Assembly: GCA_900128395.1 (NCBI GenBank)
Contig: LT649329.1
Coordinates: 1 to 37,298 of the forward strand
Source: Stramenopiles sp. TOSAG23-2
Taxonomy: Eukaryota
Direction: 5' to 3'
DNA length: 37,298 nucleotides
Shown piece after piece: positions 1-10,491 of this stretch (its first letter is position 1; the number at the start of each line of letters is the position of its first letter). Both the position numbers and the translations under genes were made by a program. The notes below the pieces were generated by a model, which did not search any database, was not told the DNA's origin, and was given only the letters and a program-made list of their open reading frames with translations.

Positions 1-3000
1 TCAAAACTTAAAAGAATGGTATCAATTTTAGGAAGAAGTTTATTAAATGCTCCGTTAATTCGAGTCTTTGGACAGGTTAATTTCGGGGAAGGCTCCAGCC
101 ATGCTGTTCCAATAGAAGAGCGTATATTAAATTTGCATGTTGCATATATGCTTGGAAAAAGCTATACACGCAAAACATTAGAGGAAAAGCGCAGAAAATT
201 AAAATCGTCGTATCCAGATTTATATGAGATTCCAAAACCAGAAGATTACTCATCCATTAAACATCACCAATGCGATGCATTAACATTTTTTTCTCGAAAT
301 ATATCTGAATTCGCTTACTTATACGAAATTATAACCGATGGTAAAGATATATTTGAGCAACTGAAAAGTTTAGCCATGGTAAGCCCAGGTGGTTGGGAAA
401 AACCGTATTTATATCTTCTCCGTTTAAAAACTCGTGTATCATCAATTGCAGAAGAAACTGATTGGGCAGAATCCAAAACGGTAGACAGATCCTTGATGGA
501 ACTTTTAGTCAATGGAAAAGTACACGTTGATACATTGTATCAATTAACAGGACTCCAGTACCCGTGGATGGCTATATGCGCAATGGTTGAAGATTCAACA
601 AATGTACTTCAACAAGCACTCCGACGCAATATTGGCGTGACTGGTTACGTTTCGTTACAGACTGTTCACGCAGCTTATATTGTATACAGAGCAGCCTTAA
701 ATTCCCTCGCGCCGCACCCAACATGCAAATGTAGATTACAAGCTAAAATAGGTCCAGATTTGCGCAAAAAAGATAATACAGGACGATTCATTTGGTACAA
801 CACGGATGGCCCGGAACCCGTTATAGCTAAGGAAGGTGAACGGCAATATTACAAGTGTCCTCGGGCTGAGGGAGACGGTGCATGTACATTCTTCGTTTAT
901 ACTGACTTATGGCATCAATCAGAGAATAATTTAGCGGAGCTGTTGGAAAAATACACACAAAAAGGAGAAAAACACACAATATATGCTCATAATATATATG
1001 TATTTTTACAAAAACATTGCCCAAATCATAAAGACGTATTTGCATTGGCAAAAGCTGTTATCATGCTTCAGACTTATTTGAAACGAAACCTTTCCTCGAA
1101 ATCTAAATTGACAAAATTTAACGTTCGATCGATTCCTGGATTATTCATGCCACGTAAGCTCTTAGTTGGCCAGCGAAGACTTGCAGATCAGTGTTTAGCA
1201 GAGTTGAAAACGATGATTGGAAAAGAAAAAGACAGAATTGCGTCAAAAGCAAGTGATTTTCAAGAACTGATGTTGTCGCCCTCATCACCAAAAAGGAAAA
1301 CTGAATCTCCATCCAAGTCATTGTTACGACCTGCGATTGAAGTTGTACCTTCCGACCTTCCTGAAACAAAATATGCCCAAGATGCATTGGTTCACTATGA
1401 AAACTTTGCTAGTATGTTGGTCCATGATTTGCCATTAAGTTTGAAAGCATATCAAAACACAATATTGTTTCTACACTTGGAAATACCAGGCACGATAACG
1501 TACGAACATTTTTTTCATTACTTCAATTTTTTAACACAAACCGTTGAGATAGATGAAAAGCTACCATACGAAGAAGAAGTTGTAAATAAACGAAAAGAAC
1601 TTCGCGATAGGTTAAACAATTTTTTTAGTGTATTGGATTTAGAATTAACTCGTTTGTACCAAGACAATTTGGTCAAAACGGTGAGTGAAAATACGAAAGA
1701 CAAAGTTAGTGGAGTTTTAGCAAAGTATGGAATATCGATACGAACAATGGTATTATTATTGATTGTTAGCATTGTAGTTGTGATACTTCTATTTGCTTTA
1801 ATTTTATATGCCCAAGTTGCTTTTGGAAGTCCAGGTATGGTGTCCGCTTTATTGTCTTCTGTATTATGCCTCGGAGGCACTTTTGGAGTAAATACAGGTT
1901 TAACAAAACAAAATACATCCCCTACAAGGATTGCTAAGATTACAGAGGATTCTGGTCAACAATTGCAAAAGGTAACACCCGATCTAAGTGCTGATTTCTC
2001 ACGAAGTCTAAAAGGTTCAATCAAACAAGCCGCTGCAGATCAAAAGAAAAGCTTTCTTAATGTACAGAATAAATTGCAAAGTATTGAAACTTCAATTCAA
2101 TCACAGGAAGAAAAAATGACTCAAATGATAAAGACTGAAGTTACCTCCTTAGAAGGCAAAGTTGGAGAGCAATTGGGTGGTGTCAAGGATGATGTAAAAA
2201 ATGCAATGCAAAACGTCAAAAATGAAATTACAAGAGATGTAGGTAAAATAAAGGAGGATGTAAGATTATCATCCTCAGCTATGGAAGACAATTTCAAGCA
2301 TTTGCATGGTGGTCGTGCAATTGAAAAACAGACTTATCAACAAATGCAAAATCTGGAATCATCGTTAACATCCATTAACCAGCGAGTTATGGAGAACCAA
2401 CGTAGTTTAATGGCTGAAGTTGCGGCTGGAAGGGAAGTTGAGCAAGTTTTAGGCACATCGTTTGCAACTAATATGAGCAAAGTTAAAATGGCAAAGAAGT
2501 TGCATCGACAATTAGATGTTGGTAGATTACAAAAAGCGAAAAAATACGAAACAGAAATACTCCGTTTATTGCATAAAGCAGAGACAGGGGCAACATTGGA
2601 TTTTGAAGTACGCTCTGAATCATTGCAATGCACATCATTTTGGAATTTAGATAGAGCACTTAATAGATTAAAATCATTTTACATGGATTATCCACGTTAC
2701 AAAGAAAGACAAATGGGGGATTATGTAACCGATACATATAAAAAACGCGACAATTTAAAGCCAATGGCAGAAGCAATTGAACGTGTAGTAACTACAGGAG
2801 AACTAGTCCATGATCGCGATACGTTGAATTCATTTTTGAATGAATGCCGATCAATGGAGAAAAAACATTTGGCGCTTGGTGAGCATGTGAAAGATTACAT
2901 AAATGTTGGAATGGAAAAGATTGAACAATACATGACAATGCGGCGCAATGAGGTAACAATATTAGTGGCTTCATATGAAATTCGTGATCATATGGAGGGC

Positions 3001-3951
3001 TGGGGTCATCGTTACGAAGAGCCTACAATCAACAGCATCTTAGATTTATTACATTGCATGTTCCTTGTATTGGGATACAAAGATGCTAAATCCAAAGATT
3101 GGTCTGATTCTCATACGCGTTTACAAAATTACAAAGGCGCAGATACATTTAAAACTCGCATGATGCGTTTAAGTGAAACAATAACTGAAGGCAACTCAAG
3201 CACACGTCGTACTTTAAATAGCCAGCTTGGTTCAAAAGTTAAATCAATTACAAAATTGAATATGGGCGAGGAAAAAGATACGTACATGGTGGTTTTTTAC
3301 GATGATGAGAAACACAAAGCATGCCAATATACTAAAGATAGTGCGATATACCTCAGCGATACTAGATGGGAACTATCTAATAAAGGTGGCACTAAAAAAG
3401 CTGCTATCAAAACAGATGTATTTCATGGACAAGAATTCATTATTTTAGAAAATGCAAAGGTTTTGCCACCCGAACAACTAGAGGAAACAAAAACATCTAA
3501 AAAAGTAAAAGGTAGATTATCTGTACTAGAGACAGCTGCTGCGAAGAAAAGCCCAAATAAACGCGGAAAGAATAGCCCAAGAAACAGTCCAAGGGGTCGT
3601 AAAAAAGTTGATGATGAAGTGAAAGAGGAAATAGAAACGGATGAATTTTTAACATCGCTTTTACCAAAACTACCACCTCGCGTAACAAAGGAAGTTTTAA
3701 TACAAGCATCAAAACATTTGACGTGGGATAATAGTAATGCACGTCATACCCTAGATACAGGTTACATCTCAACACCATTTCATAATAAAGTAATCATTGA
3801 CGATGCATTAAAAACAAAAGCACTGAATAAATTAAAAAGTAGTGCAGTGATTATGAAGGAAAGCAATGTGCACGAATCGATCAAAGATGCATTTTTATGG
3901 ATGACAAAGACATTGGATAATATTACTCCACCATTTGAATATCGTTATTAG
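1..3951 (+). CDS. Large membrane protein, probably 5'-partial: GRF-type zinc finger, two TM helices, long coiled coil; function unknown
   Basis: 1311-aa ORF from ATG 16, but the frame is open to base 1 (tca aaa ctt aaa aga ATG). PTCKC...GERQYYKC...CTFFVYTD (718-906) fits zf-GRF. Hydrophobic hairpin IRTMVLLLIVSIVVVILLFALILYAQVAF-GSPG-MVSALLSSVLCLGG (~1738-1890). Heptad-rich region ~2020-2600. Basic SP-rich stretch near 3540-3600. Confidence 0.85.
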   Translation, partial: SKLKRMVSILGRSLLNAPLIRVFGQVNFGEGSSHAVPIEERILNLHVAYMLGKSYTRKTLEEKRRKLKSSYPDLYEIPKPEDYSSIKHHQCDALTFFSRNISEFAYLYEIITDGKDIFEQLKSLAMVSPGGWEKPYLYLLRLKTRVSSIAEETDWAESKTVDRSLMELLVNGKVHVDTLYQLTGLQYPWMAICAMVEDSTNVLQQALRRNIGVTGYVSLQTVHAAYIVYRAALNSLAPHPTCKCRLQAKIGPDLRKKDNTGRFIWYNTDGPEPVIAKEGERQYYKCPRAEGDGACTFFVYTDLWHQSENNLAELLEKYTQKGEKHTIYAHNIYVFLQKHCPNHKDVFALAKAVIMLQTYLKRNLSSKSKLTKFNVRSIPGLFMPRKLLVGQRRLADQCLAELKTMIGKEKDRIASKASDFQELMLSPSSPKRKTESPSKSLLRPAIEVVPSDLPETKYAQDALVHYENFASMLVHDLPLSLKAYQNTILFLHLEIPGTITYEHFFHYFNFLTQTVEIDEKLPYEEEVVNKRKELRDRLNNFFSVLDLELTRLYQDNLVKTVSENTKDKVSGVLAKYGISIRTMVLLLIVSIVVVILLFALILYAQVAFGSPGMVSALLSSVLCLGGTFGVNTGLTKQNTSPTRIAKITEDSGQQLQKVTPDLSADFSRSLKGSIKQAAADQKKSFLNVQNKLQSIETSIQSQEEKMTQMIKTEVTSLEGKVGEQLGGVKDDVKNAMQNVKNEITRDVGKIKEDVRLSSSAMEDNFKHLHGGRAIEKQTYQQMQNLESSLTSINQRVMENQRSLMAEVAAGREVEQVLGTSFATNMSKVKMAKKLHRQLDVGRLQKAKKYETEILRLLHKAETGATLDFEVRSESLQCTSFWNLDRALNRLKSFYMDYPRYKERQMGDYVTDTYKKRDNLKPMAEAIERVVTTGELVHDRDTLNSFLNECRSMEKKHLALGEHVKDYINVGMEKIEQYMTMRRNEVTILVASYEIRDHMEGWGHRYEEPTINSILDLLHCMFLVLGYKDAKSKDWSDSHTRLQNYKGADTFKTRMMRLSETITEGNSSTRRTLNSQLGSKVKSITKLNMGEEKDTYMVVFYDDEKHKACQYTKDSAIYLSDTRWELSNKGGTKKAAIKTDVFHGQEFIILENAKVLPPEQLEETKTSKKVKGRLSVLETAAAKKSPNKRGKNSPRNSPRGRKKVDDEVKEEIETDEFLTSLLPKLPPRVTKEVLIQASKHLTWDNSNARHTLDTGYISTPFHNKVIIDDALKTKALNKLKSSAVIMKESNVHESIKDAFLWMTKTLDNITPPFEYRY

Positions 3952-4530
3952 GGTAATACGCATATGATACATACTGTAGTATCTGCATGTGCATATACGC
4001 GTACAACAATAACAACAACAGCAGCAATAGAAAAAGAGAAATATAAAACCCTGATAAAACACAAATATTTATTATTACTTCTTTTCTACGAAGTATTTCT
4101 TTCTGTTTTATGTTGTCTGGTTGTGTAACTAGACTCGGATCAATTTCTCTATTAATATATGTGTAACCCTATCTATAGTCGAGTGCCTCGCCGCTTTGCT
4201 CTTTTTAGTGTTAGTGTACCCTGTGGTATAAACCCCATTCTTATTTAGTCTTATTTTGTTGTGAATTTTGCGTTCTCTATTTATTTTCGCCTATATGTTA
4301 GAGTACCATAAGCTCAGGCATAGTCGTTATATTTTTTTAAGTTTATAATTAATTAATAATAATTCTGTTATAAAATGATGAAGATAATTTCTAATCAAAC
4401 ATATATATATATAGTATTTCAAAACAAAAACGAATAAGATACCAAATTGATATTGCACCATTTAATACCTTCTCATTTCGTATTAACGCCATATTCATAT
4501 TAATTGAATATTTTTTTTTATTGATTGAAA

Positions 4531-7500
4531 ATGGAAGAAGCGTCCGATGAATATGAAGTAAACGGTTGGGCCATTTCTACATCATTTGTATTTCCTTTAT
4601 TATGGAAAAATCATGGTTTACGTATAATTGAAACTGCTGTTTTTACAACCAAAGCAGAATATGAAGCACATGTATTTACAAGTGCCACGAAGAAGAAAGG
4701 AAAAGGGGGGTCAAAGTATACAGAGATAAAGAGGCGTAAAAAAAGCAATTTGAAATTAGATGAATTAGAATACAGGTATACAAAAAAAAGTATTAAACGT
4801 GGTATGAATTTATGGGGTGTACAGAGACATATAGGATATCGTGGTACAATTTTATCCGAAACAGGTGGTTGTAGAGTTTTACGTGATTTATCTGAAAACG
4901 AAGATGGTCAAAACAATCACTTTTTACATGCCATAAAACAGCAACAACCAAATCACGGAAAAGACAATACAAAAAACACGACGCTATGTATACAAACATA
5001 TATCCCTCCACAAAACAATATTGTCTATACAGCAACTTTAAAACGACAAAGGCCAAAATATCCCAATAGAAACGTCGGGATCGATTTTGATATCATTGCT
5101 GAGTCATTTGGCCGTTCATACTTTTTCCCGAAAACATTTTCTGTTGATGACGTAGATGGGTTTCATTCCAACCATGCCAAAGTTGACATAGTTACACGTC
5201 AAAGAGCAAGAATAGCTTCATTAGCGGTTGCCCACCACGTTGAAAATACACATGGTATATTTTTCACGGAATTAGAATTAGAATTTTTATACGATTATCA
5301 ATTTAAAAATGAATTAATAATTAGTGGTGTAAAACGCTGTCAATATATAATGGTACATGAAATGTGGCGATGGCCAGTATCCGAAGCGTCCATGGCAGAT
5401 TTTGTTAAAGAACATGGTAAAAATCCCATAGATGACGATAATAAAAAGAAACGAAGTGATAGTATCCATATTAAACACCATCAAATGCATCATAAGCATA
5501 CTATCGTAAGCAAGAATAATACAAATAAATATGCTGGTGGATATGCCGATAGTAGTAGTGATAGCGATAGTGAATCTTATAATAGTGATCAGATAAATAA
5601 TAGAGACGGTGATCATGATAATACTACGAAATATAATGCAAATATCAATCGGAGTATCATACCGCATGGCGAGGAGAAATATGTAGATCATTATGAAGAG
5701 GAAGAAAAAGTAATAGAAAAAATACAACCAACAGCAAATTTTGAAGATGTAGTCACAACACCACTTCATATTAATAATGATACTAATAATAATAATGATG
5801 ATAATTATACAAAAGGCATTAAATTTGGCAGCAGTAAAAGTGCTTCAACATCTAATTTGTTGACACCTCAAAATTATGTTTCACGTCGTCCAGATAGAAA
5901 CTACAGCAATACTGGTATCATTCAACGCCCCAAAACAGCTGGAAGTAGATCGATGCAAATGTTACCGTTACAAGGCCATCGTTCTTTTCGTCACCAATCT
6001 TCATCATTGAACGCACAACGTATTTTGTCTAATCCATTACGTACTGCAAAATCAACAACTACCCTCATGCAAAAGCCAATACATCATACAACTGGAAGAG
6101 AAGCTCCAGCATTTATTCCTTCTGGTACAAACAAAACTAGTGGTCATAACATAGGAGGTATCACGCTGGATGCAGCATTTTCTGATTTAAAGAGTTTAAA
6201 TCCATCTGCAACTGGAAGTGGTGATCGATGGGCAGCAAAGAAATTTAAAGGTTTAGTTGATGGATGGAAAGATACGCGCATGCAAAAAATTCCAGCTTCT
6301 GAAAAAGCTTTGGATAATATTAAAGTCAAGCGTGTTGGTGTGGATGATTTACATATAAAAATGTCTAAATTATTACGAATTGCCCATGAGAAAAACGACA
6401 AATTGCAAGCAGAAATCAAGAGATGGATCGCTCGTAGTGAGAAAGATGTAGCAGCATTAGGAGAAATAGAGCAAATTTGTACGCAAGCACAATCACGATT
6501 AGCAGCATTGGAAGATAAATACAAACGTGAATCGGAAAAATGGCTGGCTGAAAATGCTAAATTAAACGACTTGGTAAATAAATTGAGCAAAGAATTAAAA
6601 TTGACAAAAAAGAAGCTACAAGAAGAGCGCTTAATTTTTCAAGATAAAGCATTTGAATGCGATGAGTTAAAATCACAATTAGATAATGCATTAGCTAGAG
6701 AAAAATCATATTTAGCACGATTAGCATTGTTTGAAGATGAGGCGTCGGATGAAAATAAATTGCGTAATGAACTTTTAAAGTTACGTGGAGAACATAAGCT
6801 TTTACAAGAGGCACATAAGGTGTTGGTATCTGAACACGAGGAAGTCAACGAACAATACGTAGAGTTAGAGAAAGATAATATTAAAAAAGACAATTTTAGA
6901 AATCATTTATTTAAATTATTGGCTGATCGAAGCACAGTTGGTGTAAATGAGCCAGAACGCAAAGGCGGCGGTTTCAGCAGTTACCCAGTCCCAGGGAAGA
7001 AGAATGTAGAACGTGCCGTGAAAATGCTTTGTGATGGTAAATTTAGACCTCCGCCAAAAAGAATACGTAAAGGTCGCAATAAAGCAATTAGGCAGTTAAA
7101 ACATTTACGTGAGATGCGGTTGAAATCTGAAGAATACTTCAATACGAAAGATGTCACAGTGGATGCACCGTCTGTTTTTAGACAATTGCGTTTTGCCTTG
7201 GCTGGTGGTCGCACGTTATTTGGAAAGAAGATAAAAAATTTAAAAGATTTGTTTAAAGTTTTAGATAAAGATAATGGTGGAACAGTATCACACGATGAGT
7301 TTAAAGCTGGATTACATCGTCTGGATATAGGATTGACGAAAGATCAAGTGCGTGCATTATTGCATGTTGTCGACGATGATCAAAGTGGAGAGATTGACAT
7401 TAAAGAATTTTTAACAGCAGCAAGAGAATTTAGCCCTACAAGAATACGAAAACGGAAAGAGAAAAAACAACAACAAAGCAATGGTGGGGAAGAAGAGCTA

Positions 7501-7749
7501 GAGAAACTGAAGGAGGAGGAACAGAATCAAGAAGCAAAGCGAAATATTAACTTTAATAATCTTAGTGATAATCAAAAAAACGAAACAACTGCAACTTCGC
7601 ATGACAATAATATGGTTAAAAAAGCTACAGTAGGCAGTGACAATGCAACAATGATGGCAGCAAATAGAAATATGAATACTAGTAGTAGTGGCAATATTTT
7701 CAATAATGATTATGGTGATAAAATAAGGGAATTAAGTGAAACGATTTGA
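4531..7749 (+). CDS. Coiled-coil protein with C-terminal EF-hand pair
   Basis: First ATG is at 4531 (the ORF track starts at an upstream TTG). Two canonical EF loops, DKDNGGTVSHDE and DDDQSGEIDIKE (~7260-7410). Long coiled coil ~6350-6900. Asn/Ser/His low-complexity linker. Confidence 0.88.
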   Translation: MEEASDEYEVNGWAISTSFVFPLLWKNHGLRIIETAVFTTKAEYEAHVFTSATKKKGKGGSKYTEIKRRKKSNLKLDELEYRYTKKSIKRGMNLWGVQRHIGYRGTILSETGGCRVLRDLSENEDGQNNHFLHAIKQQQPNHGKDNTKNTTLCIQTYIPPQNNIVYTATLKRQRPKYPNRNVGIDFDIIAESFGRSYFFPKTFSVDDVDGFHSNHAKVDIVTRQRARIASLAVAHHVENTHGIFFTELELEFLYDYQFKNELIISGVKRCQYIMVHEMWRWPVSEASMADFVKEHGKNPIDDDNKKKRSDSIHIKHHQMHHKHTIVSKNNTNKYAGGYADSSSDSDSESYNSDQINNRDGDHDNTTKYNANINRSIIPHGEEKYVDHYEEEEKVIEKIQPTANFEDVVTTPLHINNDTNNNNDDNYTKGIKFGSSKSASTSNLLTPQNYVSRRPDRNYSNTGIIQRPKTAGSRSMQMLPLQGHRSFRHQSSSLNAQRILSNPLRTAKSTTTLMQKPIHHTTGREAPAFIPSGTNKTSGHNIGGITLDAAFSDLKSLNPSATGSGDRWAAKKFKGLVDGWKDTRMQKIPASEKALDNIKVKRVGVDDLHIKMSKLLRIAHEKNDKLQAEIKRWIARSEKDVAALGEIEQICTQAQSRLAALEDKYKRESEKWLAENAKLNDLVNKLSKELKLTKKKLQEERLIFQDKAFECDELKSQLDNALAREKSYLARLALFEDEASDENKLRNELLKLRGEHKLLQEAHKVLVSEHEEVNEQYVELEKDNIKKDNFRNHLFKLLADRSTVGVNEPERKGGGFSSYPVPGKKNVERAVKMLCDGKFRPPPKRIRKGRNKAIRQLKHLREMRLKSEEYFNTKDVTVDAPSVFRQLRFALAGGRTLFGKKIKNLKDLFKVLDKDNGGTVSHDEFKAGLHRLDIGLTKDQVRALLHVVDDDQSGEIDIKEFLTAAREFSPTRIRKRKEKKQQQSNGGEEELEKLKEEEQNQEAKRNINFNNLSDNQKNETTATSHDNNMVKKATVGSDNATMMAANRNMNTSSSGNIFNNDYGDKIRELSETI

Positions 7750-8436
7750 TAAAAAGTGAGATAAAGATAGCTCTATTAGTATTATAGCATAAGTGTTGAT
7801 GCTAGTCGTCTAATAGTATAATATTAAGCTCTCTGTACTCTGTGTCTGTAGTCTGTACCATAGACTATTATAACCTGGATTACAGATAATAGTGCAATAC
7901 AGTAACAGTAATACAGTAGCTCTAATATAATATAATAAAACAATAATACTGTAATCGATCTGTATCACAGGACTCCTCATCAGACCAAGCTGGCAAGCAC
8001 AGAATTTCAATCACAGTAGGCACTAGGCACACATCTCACGGACTTCGGACACAGCCCAAAAATTAGTACACTTAAGAGCCATATAATACGGCAAAATACG
8101 GCACGCTATAGTTCAAGGTTTTTTAAGGAATAAGGTGTTAATAGCATTATTAATATTACAACGTATTATATAGAGCTGCTACCAATTTTTCAGCGCCGGC
8201 TTGTTTTGTAGCTCCAAAAAATCGAATATATAGATATCAATGCATAGGCACATTTATTATTATTATTCAGAGTGTGGTTTGTGTGTTTTATATCATTATA
8301 CCACACTATATATTTTGATACATAGATATATACATTGTATACTTATTATTATCATCATCATACGCTCATTACTTTTTATTTCTTGTAATAAACTGTACAA
8401 CAAGAATAATACAAAAAAAAAAACAAAAAAAAAACA

Positions 8437-10191
8437 ATGGGAAATGAAAATTCAAAGACACATACGCATGGATTGCATTTTAAGGCAAAGTGTGAATCGT
8501 CTCCGACAGGATTAAATTTAAAGAAAACTGCTTGTGTTGTAATTGAATTTGATGGTCTAGCATTTACAAATAAAAAGAATGATATATTGTATCGACCAAA
8601 ATACAGTGAACTTGCAGCATGGGGAGCATCGCCAGATAATAAGAGATTAAAATTTACGTTCGAAGGCAATAAGGACGGTATATTTAAAGTTGACAATGCA
8701 AAAGTTGTTGAAAGGGCAATGCTTTTACGACTGGATGTATTTCGACAAGAGGATAAATTTGCGGCCACGACTGTTAACGATCCAAGTGGGAAATTCCCAG
8801 AGGAGGTCATATTTCATGTGACTGGCAATGGTTTAGTTGTTTCTGATGCAACTGGGCGTACAAAAGCACGTTTATTTGAATTTGTCATGTTACAAGGTTG
8901 GGGAACAAAAAATAATTATGAAATTATTTTAGCAACACGAGATGGAACAAATTATACATTCGCATCGCCATCGGTAAAAGCCATGTTAGCAAAATTGGAT
9001 GATGTTGCCAGGATGGTTTCTAGATCTATGAAAGCAAATGGCGCCCCTGTTCGCGAATCTGTAGTAGACCACTTTCACCAACAAGACCAAGAGCATGAAA
9101 CCCCATTAACGTTGGTGAAACTTATTTTTAATCCATTTGGGGAAAAATTGCTGCCAAAAGATTGTGCTGTGCGTTGCTTAGATGGACAAGGCGTGCGTAT
9201 CCTTGGTGTAGGTACAAAGAAAAAGATTACTGTCCAATACAAATCGTTAGGATCATGGACACATGATCAAAATCAAGTTATATTAACATTGACTGCCGAA
9301 AAAGGCAGCAAAAGTTTTGTCTTTCAATGTAACAATGTGAACGATGCAACTACGTTAATTTACAATTTGGAACAATCAATACATCGTTATGATCAGAAAA
9401 AACAAAGGCGTAAACAGCAACGGAACAGTGTCAATGTAGTGCATCAAGCACCCGAAATACCTAATAGTTTAGCTCAAGTTGGAAAGTTAAAATCACGCCG
9501 ATTAAGTGGAAGCGATCGTACATTGAAGCAACAACAACAGCAGGCTATGTCGGGCCAAAATTTATTTGCTAATATGCAGCAAAACCAGCAACAACAAGCT
9601 ACAGCAACTACGAATAATTTCCAAATGGAAGCACAAGTAGGTCGCCATGGTGAATTGCTTGGATTGGAACAATCAAGTACATATTTATTTGCAGTTGAAG
9701 GTGCAAAATTAAACCTTGTAAACATGAGTGCGGATGTTCTTTACACTGTCCATAGTTGGGGTTTGAATCAAATTACTGGCTGGCAAGCAATCGATGGCCA
9801 AGAATTTATGTTGGTAATTCCACAAGGCAAAGTGTCGTTTTTCGTTGAAGATGCACATGTATTAGCCAGTGTTATTGAAGATGCATGTGTACAATATGCA
9901 AAGCAATTGAAATTGTTGAAACAACAACAGCAACAATATCAACAAGCACCGCAAAATGTACAACAATATTCATCGCCGCCACCACCTCCGCATCCAGCAA
10001 TGCAGCAGCAACAACAGCAACCACTACAACAACAGATGCCAAATACAGTTAGTATAATTATACCAAAAGGTGTGAAACCAGGAAATAAAATTAAAATTAA
10101 ATTGGATGATGGGACAATGAGAGAATTTACTGTGCCAAAAGGTGCAAAAGCAGGAAGTAAAGTTGAGATGACTGTAAGGGCTGAAATTTAA
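8437..10191 (+). CDS. Putative N-myristoylated protein with about four tandem PH-like/PTB-like domains, a Gln/Pro-rich linker and a C-terminal (I/V)PxG beta-domain
   Basis: MGNENS start. Repeated motif YSELAAWGAS / FVMLQGWGTK / YKSLGSWTHD / LNQITGWQA, each followed by beta-strands and a helix. C-terminus IIIPKGVKPGNKI...FTVPKGAKAGSKV. Confidence 0.8.
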   Translation: MGNENSKTHTHGLHFKAKCESSPTGLNLKKTACVVIEFDGLAFTNKKNDILYRPKYSELAAWGASPDNKRLKFTFEGNKDGIFKVDNAKVVERAMLLRLDVFRQEDKFAATTVNDPSGKFPEEVIFHVTGNGLVVSDATGRTKARLFEFVMLQGWGTKNNYEIILATRDGTNYTFASPSVKAMLAKLDDVARMVSRSMKANGAPVRESVVDHFHQQDQEHETPLTLVKLIFNPFGEKLLPKDCAVRCLDGQGVRILGVGTKKKITVQYKSLGSWTHDQNQVILTLTAEKGSKSFVFQCNNVNDATTLIYNLEQSIHRYDQKKQRRKQQRNSVNVVHQAPEIPNSLAQVGKLKSRRLSGSDRTLKQQQQQAMSGQNLFANMQQNQQQQATATTNNFQMEAQVGRHGELLGLEQSSTYLFAVEGAKLNLVNMSADVLYTVHSWGLNQITGWQAIDGQEFMLVIPQGKVSFFVEDAHVLASVIEDACVQYAKQLKLLKQQQQQYQQAPQNVQQYSSPPPPPHPAMQQQQQQPLQQQMPNTVSIIIPKGVKPGNKIKIKLDDGTMREFTVPKGAKAGSKVEMTVRAEI

Positions 10192-10245
10192 AAAATATAC
10201 CGTACGAGACGTATAGAGACGAACGCGCGTGTAATAAAATATTTT

Positions 10246-10248
<3 letters not shown>

Positions 10249-10276
<28 letters not shown>
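10249..10276. repeat. (GA)14 microsatellite
   Basis: Perfect GA dinucleotide run read directly from the sequence. Confidence 0.95.
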
Positions 10277-10279
<3 letters not shown>

Positions 10280-10491
10280 AAATTAAAAAAAAGCAAAATG
10301 TCATATATGCATATTATAAAAGAGAATTATTTAATATGTACATGCATATATATATTTTTACATTTTTATGAAAAAAAAATACCGTCGTCGCGTTAAAGCA
10401 AAAAACCATTAAAATATTTTGGATTTTTATTTTATATTAAAAAATGAGAGAATAGATGAAAGTCTAACAAAAATTTTATAAATAATATATT

